A stretch of 64,000 bases of DNA from an uncultured bacterium (GCA_963826535.1 CAWGXL010000002.1:30503-94502), one strand, 5' to 3'. Shown: positions 38,519 through 48,564, numbered from the stretch's first letter. A program made the numbers and translations. The notes: a model not told the origin generated them from the sequence alone.

Positions 38519-39063
38519 AGCCTTTGCTTATCAAAATATGGCGCAAACTTTCTCTCACTAAACTCCTTCAGCTTGCCATAATGCGCTTCACCCAAGACGA
38601 ATTCCTCATTGGAGTTACCGGAGTCATCCTCAATACGAACAATGAGATTCTTGTCTGTAAACACAAATATAGACAACCACCTCATTGGAGTTTGCCCGGA
38701 GGTTACATTAAAGGCAAAGAACATCCGAAAGAAGGATTAGCGCGGGAAGTTGAAGAAGAAACCGGCTTTATTGTGCGTATTGATGAGGAGTTACGGATCA
38801 GAACTGACCGGGAAACAGCACGGCTAGATATTTCTCTTATCGGCAGATACATTGGTGGAGTATTCAGACAGAGTCACGAGGTATCGGAAGCCGGATTTTT
38901 CCCATTTGATAATCTACCGGTATTATCTCAAAATCAACTCATGCTTATAAAAGAAGTATTAGGCAGAAAAGCCAATACACAAGACAGGAAGATAAATCGA
39001 ATACCTAAAAATGACAAACTTTCATTTTGGGAAAAAGTGACTAAGATTATTGAGAGAAGGTAA
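38515..39063 (+). CDS. NUDIX hydrolase
   Basis: Nudix box GGYIKGKEHPKEGLAREVEEETG. Confidence 0.92.
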   Translation: MKPLLIKIWRKLSLTKLLQLAIMRFTQDEFLIGVTGVILNTNNEILVCKHKYRQPPHWSLPGGYIKGKEHPKEGLAREVEEETGFIVRIDEELRIRTDRETARLDISLIGRYIGGVFRQSHEVSEAGFFPFDNLPVLSQNQLMLIKEVLGRKANTQDRKINRIPKNDKLSFWEKVTKIIERR

Positions 39064-39065
39064 TT

Positions 39066-39770
39066 ATGGCTAGAAACTTACTCGATTTCTATAAAAGTTC
39101 TCCTACCGCCCGCCGCTTAGTTGCTGAAATATGCGTAGGAGTTGTCACCGTAACAGTTTGTCTTTTAATCTTTTTAAAATTAATGGGTCATGTCAATGAC
39201 AAAGAGATTATTTTTTTTGATAACTCTATAACTCATTTTATTCATTCGTTTAGTAGTCAAGCAACGCAGGTAATTATGACGACTCTCTCATTTCTTGGTA
39301 GTGAATTCCTTATTATAGCCACAATTATAGTCATGATACTGCTTATACTAAGAAATCACAAGAATGAAGCGCTCGTGTTTTGGACTTTAGTTTTTTTTGG
39401 AACAGTACTGAATCATCTTCTCAAAAACATATTCCAAAGACTTAGGCCAAATGAAGTGTCACTTTTGGAAATATCCTCTTACAGTTTCCCGTCAGGACAT
39501 AGTATGGTCTCTTTTGTTTTTTATATGAGCCTCGCATATATTATTTTCCGTAATACGAGAAACAAAAAAATAGGTATCATACTTTTATTTGTTTTTAGCT
39601 TATTAGTTTTTGGTATTGGCATTAGTAGGGTATATCTTGGAAAACATTACCCAAGTGATTGTATTGCCGGCTTCGCAGCAGGATTAGCATGGTTGTGCCT
39701 GATACTTTTGATTGAAAAAATAGCTATATTCCTGCGTCTTTTTGGCAGGTGGAAATTAAAGAAAAACTAA
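39066..39770 (+). CDS. PAP2-family membrane phosphatase
   Basis: K...R.RP, SFPSGH, SRVYLGKHYPSD. Confidence 0.93.
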   Translation: MARNLLDFYKSSPTARRLVAEICVGVVTVTVCLLIFLKLMGHVNDKEIIFFDNSITHFIHSFSSQATQVIMTTLSFLGSEFLIIATIIVMILLILRNHKNEALVFWTLVFFGTVLNHLLKNIFQRLRPNEVSLLEISSYSFPSGHSMVSFVFYMSLAYIIFRNTRNKKIGIILLFVFSLLVFGIGISRVYLGKHYPSDCIAGFAAGLAWLCLILLIEKIAIFLRLFGRWKLKKN

Positions 39771-40753
39771 TTATTTGCAGTGTTGCTTCCAATTGTAATT
39801 ATTATATCGGCTTCGCTGGTCGCTCCTGTAGGCGTTTTAACATCTGCGCCCAGAGTATAAGTTTTATTCAACTTTTCTTTTAAATTAATTAAATACTCGG
39901 CGCTTACATTTTTCTTGGCGAAAATTATTGTGTCCGTATAATCGCTGCTATCCGCATTGCCTACGGTACTAACTTTGAATCCATCAGTCACTAGTAATTC
40001 TTTTAATTTCGTAGCTTCTCCGGTTATCCCGCTGCCATTGAGAATTTCTATGCTAAATTCGGCAAGATTTAATACTTTTGCTGTGGGCGAAGGCGTACTC
40101 GTGGGTTTAGGAGTGGGTGAGGCTGCAATTGGTTTGGAGAAGAAGAATATACCGGCCGACATTCCGGCATTTGGCAGGAAAAAGTTCAATGCAGCCATGC
40201 TTAATAATCCAACTACAAATGAAATTATTGCAATAAGCCAAAAATATCCCAACATATTTTTCTTTACTTCTTTTTCCACAATATATGTATCACCACCGAG
40301 TGTTGCATTTGTGGAGTCAGATGGTTGCTCTGAACCGGTAGGAATTACCTTTTGTTCTTCAATATTTTCTTCTTTCGTTGTTTCAGATACTGAGGGGGTA
40401 TCTGCTATTGTATCTGAATTCTGAGTTATTGGTATTAGTTGATCTTGACCTGCATTTGGCGTAGTCTTATTTTCTTTCTCACCTGTCTGTGCTGGATTTG
40501 GTGACTTACTAGTCGATTCATCTTTTTGTTCAGGGCCCTTTTCTTTTGAAGGTGAAGGATTTACTTGTACCTCTTCTGATTGTGTCTCTAGTATAATCTC
40601 TACAGAATTTTCGATCTTTTCTTCTTTTTCAACTTCTGGTTTCTTAGTTGGTGGTTTTACTCCTTGCCTGCCGGCAGGCAGGTTGGCTTCAGTTTTAGGC
40701 GGATCCAGTTTTCTACCAAATTTTACAGCCTTTGCTCTTTTTTTTATTTGCAT
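39767..40753 (-). CDS. LytR C-terminal domain membrane protein
   Basis: Disordered N-terminus, one TM helix, IEILNGSGITGEA...VGNAD...DIIITIG. Confidence 0.88.
   Translation of the reverse strand: MQIKKRAKAVKFGRKLDPPKTEANLPAGRQGVKPPTKKPEVEKEEKIENSVEIILETQSEEVQVNPSPSKEKGPEQKDESTSKSPNPAQTGEKENKTTPNAGQDQLIPITQNSDTIADTPSVSETTKEENIEEQKVIPTGSEQPSDSTNATLGGDTYIVEKEVKKNMLGYFWLIAIISFVVGLLSMAALNFFLPNAGMSAGIFFFSKPIAASPTPKPTSTPSPTAKVLNLAEFSIEILNGSGITGEATKLKELLVTDGFKVSTVGNADSSDYTDTIIFAKKNVSAEYLINLKEKLNKTYTLGADVKTPTGATSEADIIITIGSNTANN
40662..40682. repeat. perfect 16-bp palindrome in frame in the LytR-C gene
   Basis: TGCCTGCCGGCAGGCA (40665-40680), encoding NLPAGRQG; GC-rich in AT-rich context. Confidence 0.75.
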
Positions 40754-40781
40754 ATGCTTCCTCCGGTATCCTTATTTAATG

Positions 40782-41348
40782 CTATATAGAGTGTTTTGTC
40801 AAATTTTTGAATATATATTTTACAGTCTGCTTCTTAAACAGGAAATATAGGAAATTTGCAAAAAGCCCGAATAATATTGTAAGAGATATCATCGATGGCG
40901 AAGTGAGTATTTCTATGGCAGCGCTGCCGACTTTTTCCAGGCTAACAATCATATCCCATGAATTCACACGATGCACACGGCCGAGAACTATACCAAAGCC
41001 AATAAGAAAATTAATGCCAATTATTAAACCAGGGTGTCTAAGCATTTTTTCAATCGGATAAAGCGAAAAAATATAGGTTATAAACCCTACTATAAAAAGT
41101 ACCGTATATTGGAATACTATAATTACAGCCAAAAATGGAGTTACCTTGTCTATTATTCTTATAAAATGCAGGATGTCTGTAAATACGTAAATTGTATTTG
41201 GCACAAAAAGCAACCAGGCAATAAAAATAAATATTTTCAGGATCTTGTTTTTTTCCGTGTAAAATAACCAACCAAGAAATACAGGTATAAGCGCAAGGAG
41301 TATATTGAACGTCATCCAAGTGAAATTATGGTTAAGAATCTCGTACAT
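40782..41348 (-). CDS. DUF1361-family membrane protein
   Basis: NILLALIP, WLLFVPNTIYVFTDILH, GIVLGRVHRVNSWD. Confidence 0.85.
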   Translation of the reverse strand: MYEILNHNFTWMTFNILLALIPVFLGWLFYTEKNKILKIFIFIAWLLFVPNTIYVFTDILHFIRIIDKVTPFLAVIIVFQYTVLFIVGFITYIFSLYPIEKMLRHPGLIIGINFLIGFGIVLGRVHRVNSWDMIVSLEKVGSAAIEILTSPSMISLTILFGLFANFLYFLFKKQTVKYIFKNLTKHSI

Positions 41349-41425
41349 TTAATTAGTATACAGTATTATCTCAAAACTCAAAACTCTTGCGTAGATTCTA
41401 ATATTTAGACTATAATATCTGTCTC

Positions 41426-42358
41426 ATGCTGATTATTACAGGCACAGTTGCTTATGATTATATAATGAATTTTCCCGGAATGTTCTCCGATCATATCCTT
41501 GCAGGAAAAGAACATAAAATTAATTTATCATTTATCGTGAATACATTCGCAAAAAGACGCGGTGGTACTGCTGGAAATGTGTCTTATAGCCTGGGACTTT
41601 TAGAAACTGAACATTTATTATTCACAGCTGCCGGCCGCGATTTTGCGGAATATAAAAAGGCATTGCGCAGACAAGGTATTGACACAAAATATATTTTCAT
41701 AGATAAAAATAATTATACCTCTACAGGTTTTGCCTTAACCGATAAAACAGACAATCAAATTTGGGGGTATTTTTACGGTGCTGCAGATAGAATAGAGGAA
41801 TTGAAGCTAAAAAAAGTCGCAAAAAAAGGAGACTTTGTTCTAATCGGGCCTTCAGGCTCTAGCAGTACTATGTCAATTGTAAGACAGTGTATAGATCTAA
41901 GCCTTCAATACATGTTTGATCCGGGTTTCATATTGACCCAGATCAAAACACAAGATCTAAGGCTGGGAGTGAAGCATGCAACTTATATAATCGGGAATGA
42001 TTATGAAATAAATTCTATACAAAGCAGGCTTACAGACTTTAAGACCTTAGTGAAAGGGAAAACGGTTATCACGACTTTAGGCCAAAAAGGAGCCTTGATA
42101 GAGCGGGATGGTGAAAAAATTTCTATAGCTGCCGTTCAAGTCAAAGACGCACAAGACCCGACCGGAGCCGGAGACGCATGGCGGGCAGGTTTTTTGGCAG
42201 GACTTTCCCGAAATTTCGATTTGCGCACTTGCGGACAACTTGGATCAGTTACCTCAGCTTATGCAGTTGTTAACTATGGAACACAGGAGCATAAGTTTAG
42301 TAAAAGAACGTTTGCGCAAAGATATAAAGATACGTATAATACAGAGATTAAACTTTAA
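41426..42358 (+). CDS. PfkB-family kinase, probable adenosine kinase
   Basis: GTVAYDYIM.FPG.F, GGTAGN, FDPG, NDYE, TLGQKG, DPTGAGDAWRAG; adjacent to ahcY. Confidence 0.85.
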   Translation: MLIITGTVAYDYIMNFPGMFSDHILAGKEHKINLSFIVNTFAKRRGGTAGNVSYSLGLLETEHLLFTAAGRDFAEYKKALRRQGIDTKYIFIDKNNYTSTGFALTDKTDNQIWGYFYGAADRIEELKLKKVAKKGDFVLIGPSGSSSTMSIVRQCIDLSLQYMFDPGFILTQIKTQDLRLGVKHATYIIGNDYEINSIQSRLTDFKTLVKGKTVITTLGQKGALIERDGEKISIAAVQVKDAQDPTGAGDAWRAGFLAGLSRNFDLRTCGQLGSVTSAYAVVNYGTQEHKFSKRTFAQRYKDTYNTEIKL

Positions 42359-42369
42359 TTATAGGTAAA

Positions 42370-43647
42370 ATGACTAAAAATATTGCGTGCGACATTAAAG
42401 ATATTAAACTTGCCGGAGAAGGCAAATTGAAAATCGAATGGGCTTCCCAGCAAATGCAGGTTCTGGAAACAATTAAGAAACGTTTCGCAATAGAGAAGCC
42501 ATTTCAAGGAATTACTATAGCCGCGTGTCTTCATATTACAAGTGAAACTGCTAATTTATTAATTACATTACAAGCAGGAGGAGCGAAAATAGTAGCCTGC
42601 GCTTCAAATCCACTTTCTACACAAGACAGCGTTGCAGCAGCGCTCGTCAAGCACAAAAATATACCTGTCTTTGCCGTTAAAGGCGAAGACAATCAAACAT
42701 ACTTCAAACACTTAAATCAGGTTTTGGATTATAAACCTAATATAACTATGGACGATGGCGGAGATCTCATTCACGCTTTACATACAGATAGAAAAGAATT
42801 ATTAATAAATATCATCGGCTCATCGGAGGAAACAACAACAGGCGTTATCCGCTTGAAGGCAATGGAGAAAAAAAACGCCTTGAAGGTACCGGTTATCGCA
42901 GTAAATGATTCGGAAACTAAGCATTTATTTGATAATCGTTATGGAACCGGACAGTCAACAATTGATGGCATTATACGCGCTACAAATGTATTGCTCGCAG
43001 GAAAGGTGTTTGTTGTATGTGGGTATGGATGGTGTGGCAGAGGTGTTGCATCCAGGGCCCGTGGTATGGGGGCGGATGTTATTGTCACCGAAGTTGATCC
43101 TATTAAAGCGTTGGAAGCAGCGATGGATGGGTTTACAGTGAAAACGCTTGAGTCGGCTGTCGCGCATGGCCGTGCGGATATTATTGTTACTGTAACCGGG
43201 AATAAACATGTTATTACTGTTGCGCTTATGGAAAAAATGAAAGACGGTACGATTATCGCAAATGCCGGCCATTTTGATGTTGAGATTGACATTGATGGAC
43301 TGGAAAAAATCAAAAAATCAAAGAGACACTTGCGGCTGTCCCTTCAAGAGTATGTTTTACCAAACGAGAATAAATTATATATTCTTGCTGAGGGAAGGCT
43401 TGTAAATTTATCAGCAGCAGAAGGTCATCCTGCTGAAGTTATGGATATGTCATTTGCAAACCAGGCACTTGCAGCTGAAATACTTATTAAAGAAAAAGGT
43501 ACACTTACAAATAGCGTATATGTCTTACCACAAGCTATTGACAGCATGGTCGCAGGCCTTAAACTGAAAGCAATGGGAATAAGCATAGATACATTAACAC
43601 AAGCACAAAAAACATACCTATCTTCCTGGACCGAGGGGACGAAATAA
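42370..43647 (+). CDS. ahcY: adenosylhomocysteinase
   Basis: CLHITSETANL, SNPLSTQD, DDGGD, EETTTG, KHLFDNRYGTGQS, GYGWCGRG, GRLVNL..AEGHP. Confidence 0.98.
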   Translation: MTKNIACDIKDIKLAGEGKLKIEWASQQMQVLETIKKRFAIEKPFQGITIAACLHITSETANLLITLQAGGAKIVACASNPLSTQDSVAAALVKHKNIPVFAVKGEDNQTYFKHLNQVLDYKPNITMDDGGDLIHALHTDRKELLINIIGSSEETTTGVIRLKAMEKKNALKVPVIAVNDSETKHLFDNRYGTGQSTIDGIIRATNVLLAGKVFVVCGYGWCGRGVASRARGMGADVIVTEVDPIKALEAAMDGFTVKTLESAVAHGRADIIVTVTGNKHVITVALMEKMKDGTIIANAGHFDVEIDIDGLEKIKKSKRHLRLSLQEYVLPNENKLYILAEGRLVNLSAAEGHPAEVMDMSFANQALAAEILIKEKGTLTNSVYVLPQAIDSMVAGLKLKAMGISIDTLTQAQKTYLSSWTEGTK

Positions 43648-43750
43648 TCAAAACCTCAAGTTGCTCGTTTTATTCAATTTAAGTCAGAAACTCTTGCTTT
43701 TAATTCAGGCATACAGTATAATAACTATCCTATAATATTAGAGTTTATTT

Positions 43751-45313
43751 ATGACAAAACAAGAAGGACAGCCAACTCGTATAAGAGGAAACCGTATCGA
43801 GTCAGAAAGGAAACGACCACCAATATTGGCTCTATTTTCGAATCGTTTACCAAAAAAAATTGAACATGGAGTTGTAAAGGATGCTGATGGAGGACTTACT
43901 GTAGTAACCAAACCTGTATTGCACCAAAAAAGCATAGAAGGGTTCGATGTTCGATGGTACGGATGGGCAGGAACCTATGACCACACAGGAGTTCAGGATG
44001 CATTTGATAAGTATTCCAGTCAAGACTCTGCATATACAGGACAAAAAGGTTATATTAAATATTGTCCAATAGTTTTTAATTTAAAAGAACATAACATGAT
44101 GTATAAAATTGCAAGTGAAACGCTCTGGTCTTTGGCGCATGAGCCTATAAATCCTAGGCGGGAGGACCTAAAGAAAAGCAATTTAAATAATTTGAAATAC
44201 TACTTTGACTACTATGTTACTACAGGTGATACCGCAGCAATGGAAATGAATAAGGAAGTTGGAGGTTTTCAATCAGGTGATATGCTGAGAGTTGATGATT
44301 TTCATGCATATACGGTAGGCCGTTCATTGGACAAAGTACTTAAATCAAAGGGAGTAAATGTCTCCAAGAGCTTTCAGCATCATATACCATGGTACGAACC
44401 TGAAAATTTTAAATTATTAGGAGCAGCCGGAGTTGATATCTTAGAAGCGATGACCCATTATGATTTGGTTTCGCTACAAAGAAAAGGTGATGTAGATAAA
44501 TTTATTAATTGTTTAGTAAATTATCTTCCGGGAGTTAATATTGATATTAACAGAGAGGGTATGTTTGTTAAATATCAAGGCAGAAGAACTAAACTTGTTA
44601 ATCATTTGGTTGGTGTGGACATAGATGATATTAAGCGGCAGGCTACTGGCCATAAAGTCGAGAGGGCTTCTGAGATATTTATTAGGGAAAACAAGGATAA
44701 AAGGACTGGAATTAACTTAAGTAGGATGGATCATACAAAAAGAATTGAGAAAACATTGATAGCATATGACAGGGCTTTTGAATTAGACCCGGCATTAACA
44801 GATATGCGACATACTTTACATTTAGCCGCCTCAGAAAGCAGAGAAGGCCTACCTGCTATTAGAAAATTACGGAGCATCGTTGAGATGGAGGTCGAAAGAG
44901 TGAATAAGCGAGGAAGCGGAAACTGGAAGCCGGTGGTTTATCATTCAAAGGGGTTGCATGATGCTCGTAAGTGGGGATACTTTAAAGAAGCAGATGATAC
45001 TTTAATCTTTCCTTATGACGGCCGCAATGTCGTATATGATGAAAGAATTATTGTAGGAAAATTAACACAAGCCATAGGCATGAGCAGAACTGCAGGATCT
45101 GCTGATTTATATAGTGACAAGAGTGTTATAAAAGTAACCGATCCTGATGATATAGAAGAAGTTGCGCATGCAATAGTAAGAGTAGCAACAATGCCTGATA
45201 ATGAAAGGCTTGATAGGATGAAGAGAGCACGCGCAGAGCTTAAAGAATATACTGTTTTTGATTATTCTGATGCATTCTTTAACGATTGGAATTCAATGAG
45301 GCAGCAAAAATAA
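43751..45313 (+). CDS. divergent GT20 glycosyltransferase (trehalose-6-phosphate synthase-like)
   Basis: NRLP, GGL, WYGW, TLWSLAH, DDFH, HIPW, RMDHTK, DGRNVVYDE, SRTAGSA map onto OtsA motifs with substitutions. Confidence 0.8.
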   Translation: MTKQEGQPTRIRGNRIESERKRPPILALFSNRLPKKIEHGVVKDADGGLTVVTKPVLHQKSIEGFDVRWYGWAGTYDHTGVQDAFDKYSSQDSAYTGQKGYIKYCPIVFNLKEHNMMYKIASETLWSLAHEPINPRREDLKKSNLNNLKYYFDYYVTTGDTAAMEMNKEVGGFQSGDMLRVDDFHAYTVGRSLDKVLKSKGVNVSKSFQHHIPWYEPENFKLLGAAGVDILEAMTHYDLVSLQRKGDVDKFINCLVNYLPGVNIDINREGMFVKYQGRRTKLVNHLVGVDIDDIKRQATGHKVERASEIFIRENKDKRTGINLSRMDHTKRIEKTLIAYDRAFELDPALTDMRHTLHLAASESREGLPAIRKLRSIVEMEVERVNKRGSGNWKPVVYHSKGLHDARKWGYFKEADDTLIFPYDGRNVVYDERIIVGKLTQAIGMSRTAGSADLYSDKSVIKVTDPDDIEEVAHAIVRVATMPDNERLDRMKRARAELKEYTVFDYSDAFFNDWNSMRQQK

Positions 45314-45366
45314 AATGGGCAAAGAATTTTATCAGCACTCTTAAGACTTTGTAAAAAAAGAGGTTA

Positions 45367-45570
45367 TCACTTTACTCCATTACTATGCACTCTAATTCTA
45401 TACCCTGTTGTATCAGTGGGTCCTTTAAATGAACGTCTAGTAGGTTTTCCATCCAAAATATAAATAGTTTCCCTACGCCCTCCTTCTACGCTTCTTCCAT
45501 CTACGCGTTGCTCCTCACCCCTAGTCCTGCTTTCCCGAACGACCCAATCTTCACGTTCCAGCATTGCCAT
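45367..45570 (-). CDS. small hypothetical protein
   Basis: 67 aa; TGnTAAACT -10 box 6 nt upstream of ATG. Confidence 0.5.
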   Translation of the reverse strand: MAMLEREDWVVRESRTRGEEQRVDGRSVEGGRRETIYILDGKPTRRSFKGPTDTTGYRIRVHSNGVK

Positions 45571-45636
45571 ATTAAAAGTTTAACACAACAATTAATTATC
45601 CGCTTGACATTTATATAACATTTTATGCTATTTTTA

Positions 45637-45814
45637 CATACTTAAAGTTTTTGACATAAATCGTACTGCTATTATGTTCAGCAATTGATTGGCACCTAGA
45701 TTTACTGATAAATTGAATAGTTAAAAAATATATGAAGTAAATAAATCTCCATTTTCAATTTTAGCCTATGTCAGCAAGCTTATTATTGTTCGGTTTATGT
45801 CAGAAAACTGTATG
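45637..45814 (+). ncRNA. candidate 6S-RNA-like structured ncRNA
   Basis: AGTTTTTGACATAAATCG (45646-63) pairs with CGGTTTATGTCAGAAAACT (45791-809). Central bubble, then inner stems TTGGCA.TAG/CTA.TGTCAG and AAATTGAA/TTCAATTT. G-U pairs favour the + strand. TTGACA and TGnTATTTT lie upstream. Confidence 0.5.
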
Positions 45815-45898
45815 AGGTAAGTCAAGCGTTGAATTTTGGGATTATAGATTTAGACGAAACCTAGTGCACTAAAATGTCCTTAGCGCAAAAAGTAAAAT

Positions 45899-46798
45899 TT
45901 ATTTGTTCTTAAAAATTCTATGTACTGTTTCTAGAAAGACAGCAACGCCATCATTTTTCATGCTTGGAGCAATAAAATCAGCTTGTTCTTCGAGTATCTT
46001 TACTACTGAACCATCATCTTTTCTTACTGCTACATTAACTCCACATGCTTCAAAAAGAGGTATATCGTTTGGCCCATCACCAATTCCTAGAAGTCTTTCT
46101 GGAGGAATATTAACAAGTTCTGAAATTTCCATTACGGCATGATATTTTGTTGCGTCGCGATGAGTGATATGTATACCTTCGCGATGATCTTGTCCGGGAG
46201 GGAGGATAACCCTATGGGCTGCAATATCATTATAAGCTTTAAGCTCTTCCATTAATGACTTGGCATATGCTTCCGGTATTGCATCAATGACAATAATATA
46301 CGGATATTGAGGTTTGTAATTAGGATCTAATGGGTCAAAATCCTCGCCATTATCCTGTATCCATAATTTTCCTCCACTTTCTGTTGTAGGTATTATTAGC
46401 TTTCTGCATAAATCCAGTGCCACTCCCTTATTAATCGGGTGATTGCTTATTATTTTCCCTGATTCGGCATCAACAATTTCTGCTCCGCCGCTATTTACTT
46501 GTGGGCCTTTCAGCCCTAAGAACCTAATCAAATGTTCTGTTTTATACCGTGGGCTATTTGTGATAATAGAAACAGCAGAATTTTCAGGTCCTCTTTCGCG
46601 CCTCCAAGTGTTAAATGCACCTCTTACACGATCAGATGGGGGGTTACTTGTTCCGCTTTCTCTTAATGTCCCGTCTACATCACTTATTATTCCTCGATTT
46701 GAGGCTAATTTCTTTAATACGTCACTTTCCAACGTCCCTCCAGCTTCTTTTGCGCTTTGTCGTATTACCCTTAATTTATCTGGCATCTCTCTTTCCAT
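45899..46798 (-). CDS. Cof-type HAD-IIB hydrolase
   Basis: SDVDGTL, ATK, GIGDGPNDIPLF, DGVA. TTGACG-17-TATACT ends 6 nt before ATG. Confidence 0.88.
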   Translation of the reverse strand: MEREMPDKLRVIRQSAKEAGGTLESDVLKKLASNRGIISDVDGTLRESGTSNPPSDRVRGAFNTWRRERGPENSAVSIITNSPRYKTEHLIRFLGLKGPQVNSGGAEIVDAESGKIISNHPINKGVALDLCRKLIIPTTESGGKLWIQDNGEDFDPLDPNYKPQYPYIIVIDAIPEAYAKSLMEELKAYNDIAAHRVILPPGQDHREGIHITHRDATKYHAVMEISELVNIPPERLLGIGDGPNDIPLFEACGVNVAVRKDDGSVVKILEEQADFIAPSMKNDGVAVFLETVHRIFKNK

Positions 46799-47181
46799 TG
46801 GCGAAGTATAACATAAAAGCGCATAGTCGTCAACAAACTATAGGTCTGTAATATTAAGTATATGTACGAATTGAGCTTGCAGGTGATTTTGTGTTTATTT
46901 GTGCTGTGTAAATATATTGGTACCATTAATTTGAACTATAAAATTGATAGACCTTCCCATATTACAAGATAATAAGTGAAAAGGTAAAAGTCAAATAAAT
47001 TTTTTTATAATATCAATTCTAAAGAAAAAAGATTTATTTTCTCCTGTACAGTTGAGCAAATCTAACGTTGAGGCTAAATGTCAGCTTCACGTCATAATAA
47101 GGATTAGGACAGAGTCATGCAATAAGCTTATGGCTATGATATTATCAATTCCGTAAAGTTAGTTTTACTAACTATTTATCT

Positions 47182-48564
47182 ATGGAAAATAAAAAACCTA
47201 TAGGAATAGAGGATCGAAATTTTCAAAGCCCACAAGGAATGTTAACCCGTCAAGGATCCGAAATTCAAAGCGGGCAAGATGTTGTTCCTAACAGAAGAGT
47301 GTCCGCTATTTTTCAAAATGGTTTTACCCCCCCTCCTGCTGAAAGAGAGACCTTACGTAGAAACGGAGAAGTAACAAGGCAAACTGTAAGAGCAGTATTC
47401 AGCGAGAAGCCACTTTCTAAGTTAAGAAAAATGTCACCTATTGAAAGAGCCGACTATGTTAAAGAAATTTCCGAGAGAGAACAGGAAAAAAGATGGGAGC
47501 TAACTACAGGTGTTAAGCCTGAAAACTCTCGTTATATTCTTGCATGTCCAATATATAATGAAACACGAATGGGTCCCTCTGTACTCCCTATTGCACATGC
47601 ACTTGCAGATGTTCCAAAAAGAGCTCGAGTAGATCACGTATATGTTACCAACAGATGTACCGATGGAAGTGAGGAAATGGTTAGGAGATTTATGGGTACA
47701 TTAGGTAAGGTCGAGCATGATCTTCCTGTTAACGACTTAGGGGGTTTTTCTTTTGATCCGCAACTAGATCCAACATTTAGCATGGTAGAGGTAGGAAATC
47801 AAAAACATATCCATCTCAATACAAAAACTGGAGGTAAAGCAAATGTATTAAGAATAATCACTGAAATGGCAGTTGATCAAAAAGTCCCAATTGTGATGTC
47901 TCATGACGGTAATGTTACACTTCTGCCTGATGGGCCAATGAAATTGTTTGCTCAAGCGCATAGATCATTTGTACGAAGAGAAAATGATGCAGTAGTCATG
48001 AGTCATAAAGCTCTCGACTACTTCAGTCCTAATGTAACTGATCCTCTTTTGAGAGGAACCGGCCTAACCCCAAGGGAAATTATGCCGTTTGGTTTTCTGA
48101 TTCCTAAAGAACATAAAACAGAAGGCAAGTTCTTTGCATGGGATCCGGAATTCTATTCTGACAGACTCGGACACGGCATTCCGCCTTCAAAATTAGACGA
48201 TGTGGTTATGGGAAAACAAGCAGAAAGATATGGAAAAAAATTTTTGCACTTGGACAGCGTTATGTCATATGCATGGGGTCCTCCTACAATAGAGGGTAGA
48301 AGGCAGTCATTGCAAAGATATACAGCAGGTTACCTCCAATTTGGAAATGGGCTGAATTTGAGAGGGCAAAGTCCTGAGTTACAGTTTTTTGAAGATGAAT
48401 CTTACAGAATAAGGGTTTTAACTGATTATATGACAAGAAATAAGCTTGAACATTTTTTACCTTTAACTTTAACAATGTGGGAAGATGCTATTGAAAAAGG
48501 TCATGCAGATTACACTGCAGATCCACATAATTCTGCATTTGAGGGCATTGAAGGGGCAAAATAG
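47182..48564 (+). CDS. GT2-like glycosyltransferase with long N-terminal extension
   Basis: ACPIYNE, NRCTDGS, GKANVL, SHDGN (degenerate DxD), LDD. Confidence 0.7.
   Translation: MENKKPIGIEDRNFQSPQGMLTRQGSEIQSGQDVVPNRRVSAIFQNGFTPPPAERETLRRNGEVTRQTVRAVFSEKPLSKLRKMSPIERADYVKEISEREQEKRWELTTGVKPENSRYILACPIYNETRMGPSVLPIAHALADVPKRARVDHVYVTNRCTDGSEEMVRRFMGTLGKVEHDLPVNDLGGFSFDPQLDPTFSMVEVGNQKHIHLNTKTGGKANVLRIITEMAVDQKVPIVMSHDGNVTLLPDGPMKLFAQAHRSFVRRENDAVVMSHKALDYFSPNVTDPLLRGTGLTPREIMPFGFLIPKEHKTEGKFFAWDPEFYSDRLGHGIPPSKLDDVVMGKQAERYGKKFLHLDSVMSYAWGPPTIEGRRQSLQRYTAGYLQFGNGLNLRGQSPELQFFEDESYRIRVLTDYMTRNKLEHFLPLTLTMWEDAIEKGHADYTADPHNSAFEGIEGAK

Noticed and set aside
47055-47120. c-di-GMP-I riboswitch (GCAAA...GAC)
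   Set aside because: No GNRA-capped P2 and no GACGCAAAG or P3 receptor; the resemblance is superficial.
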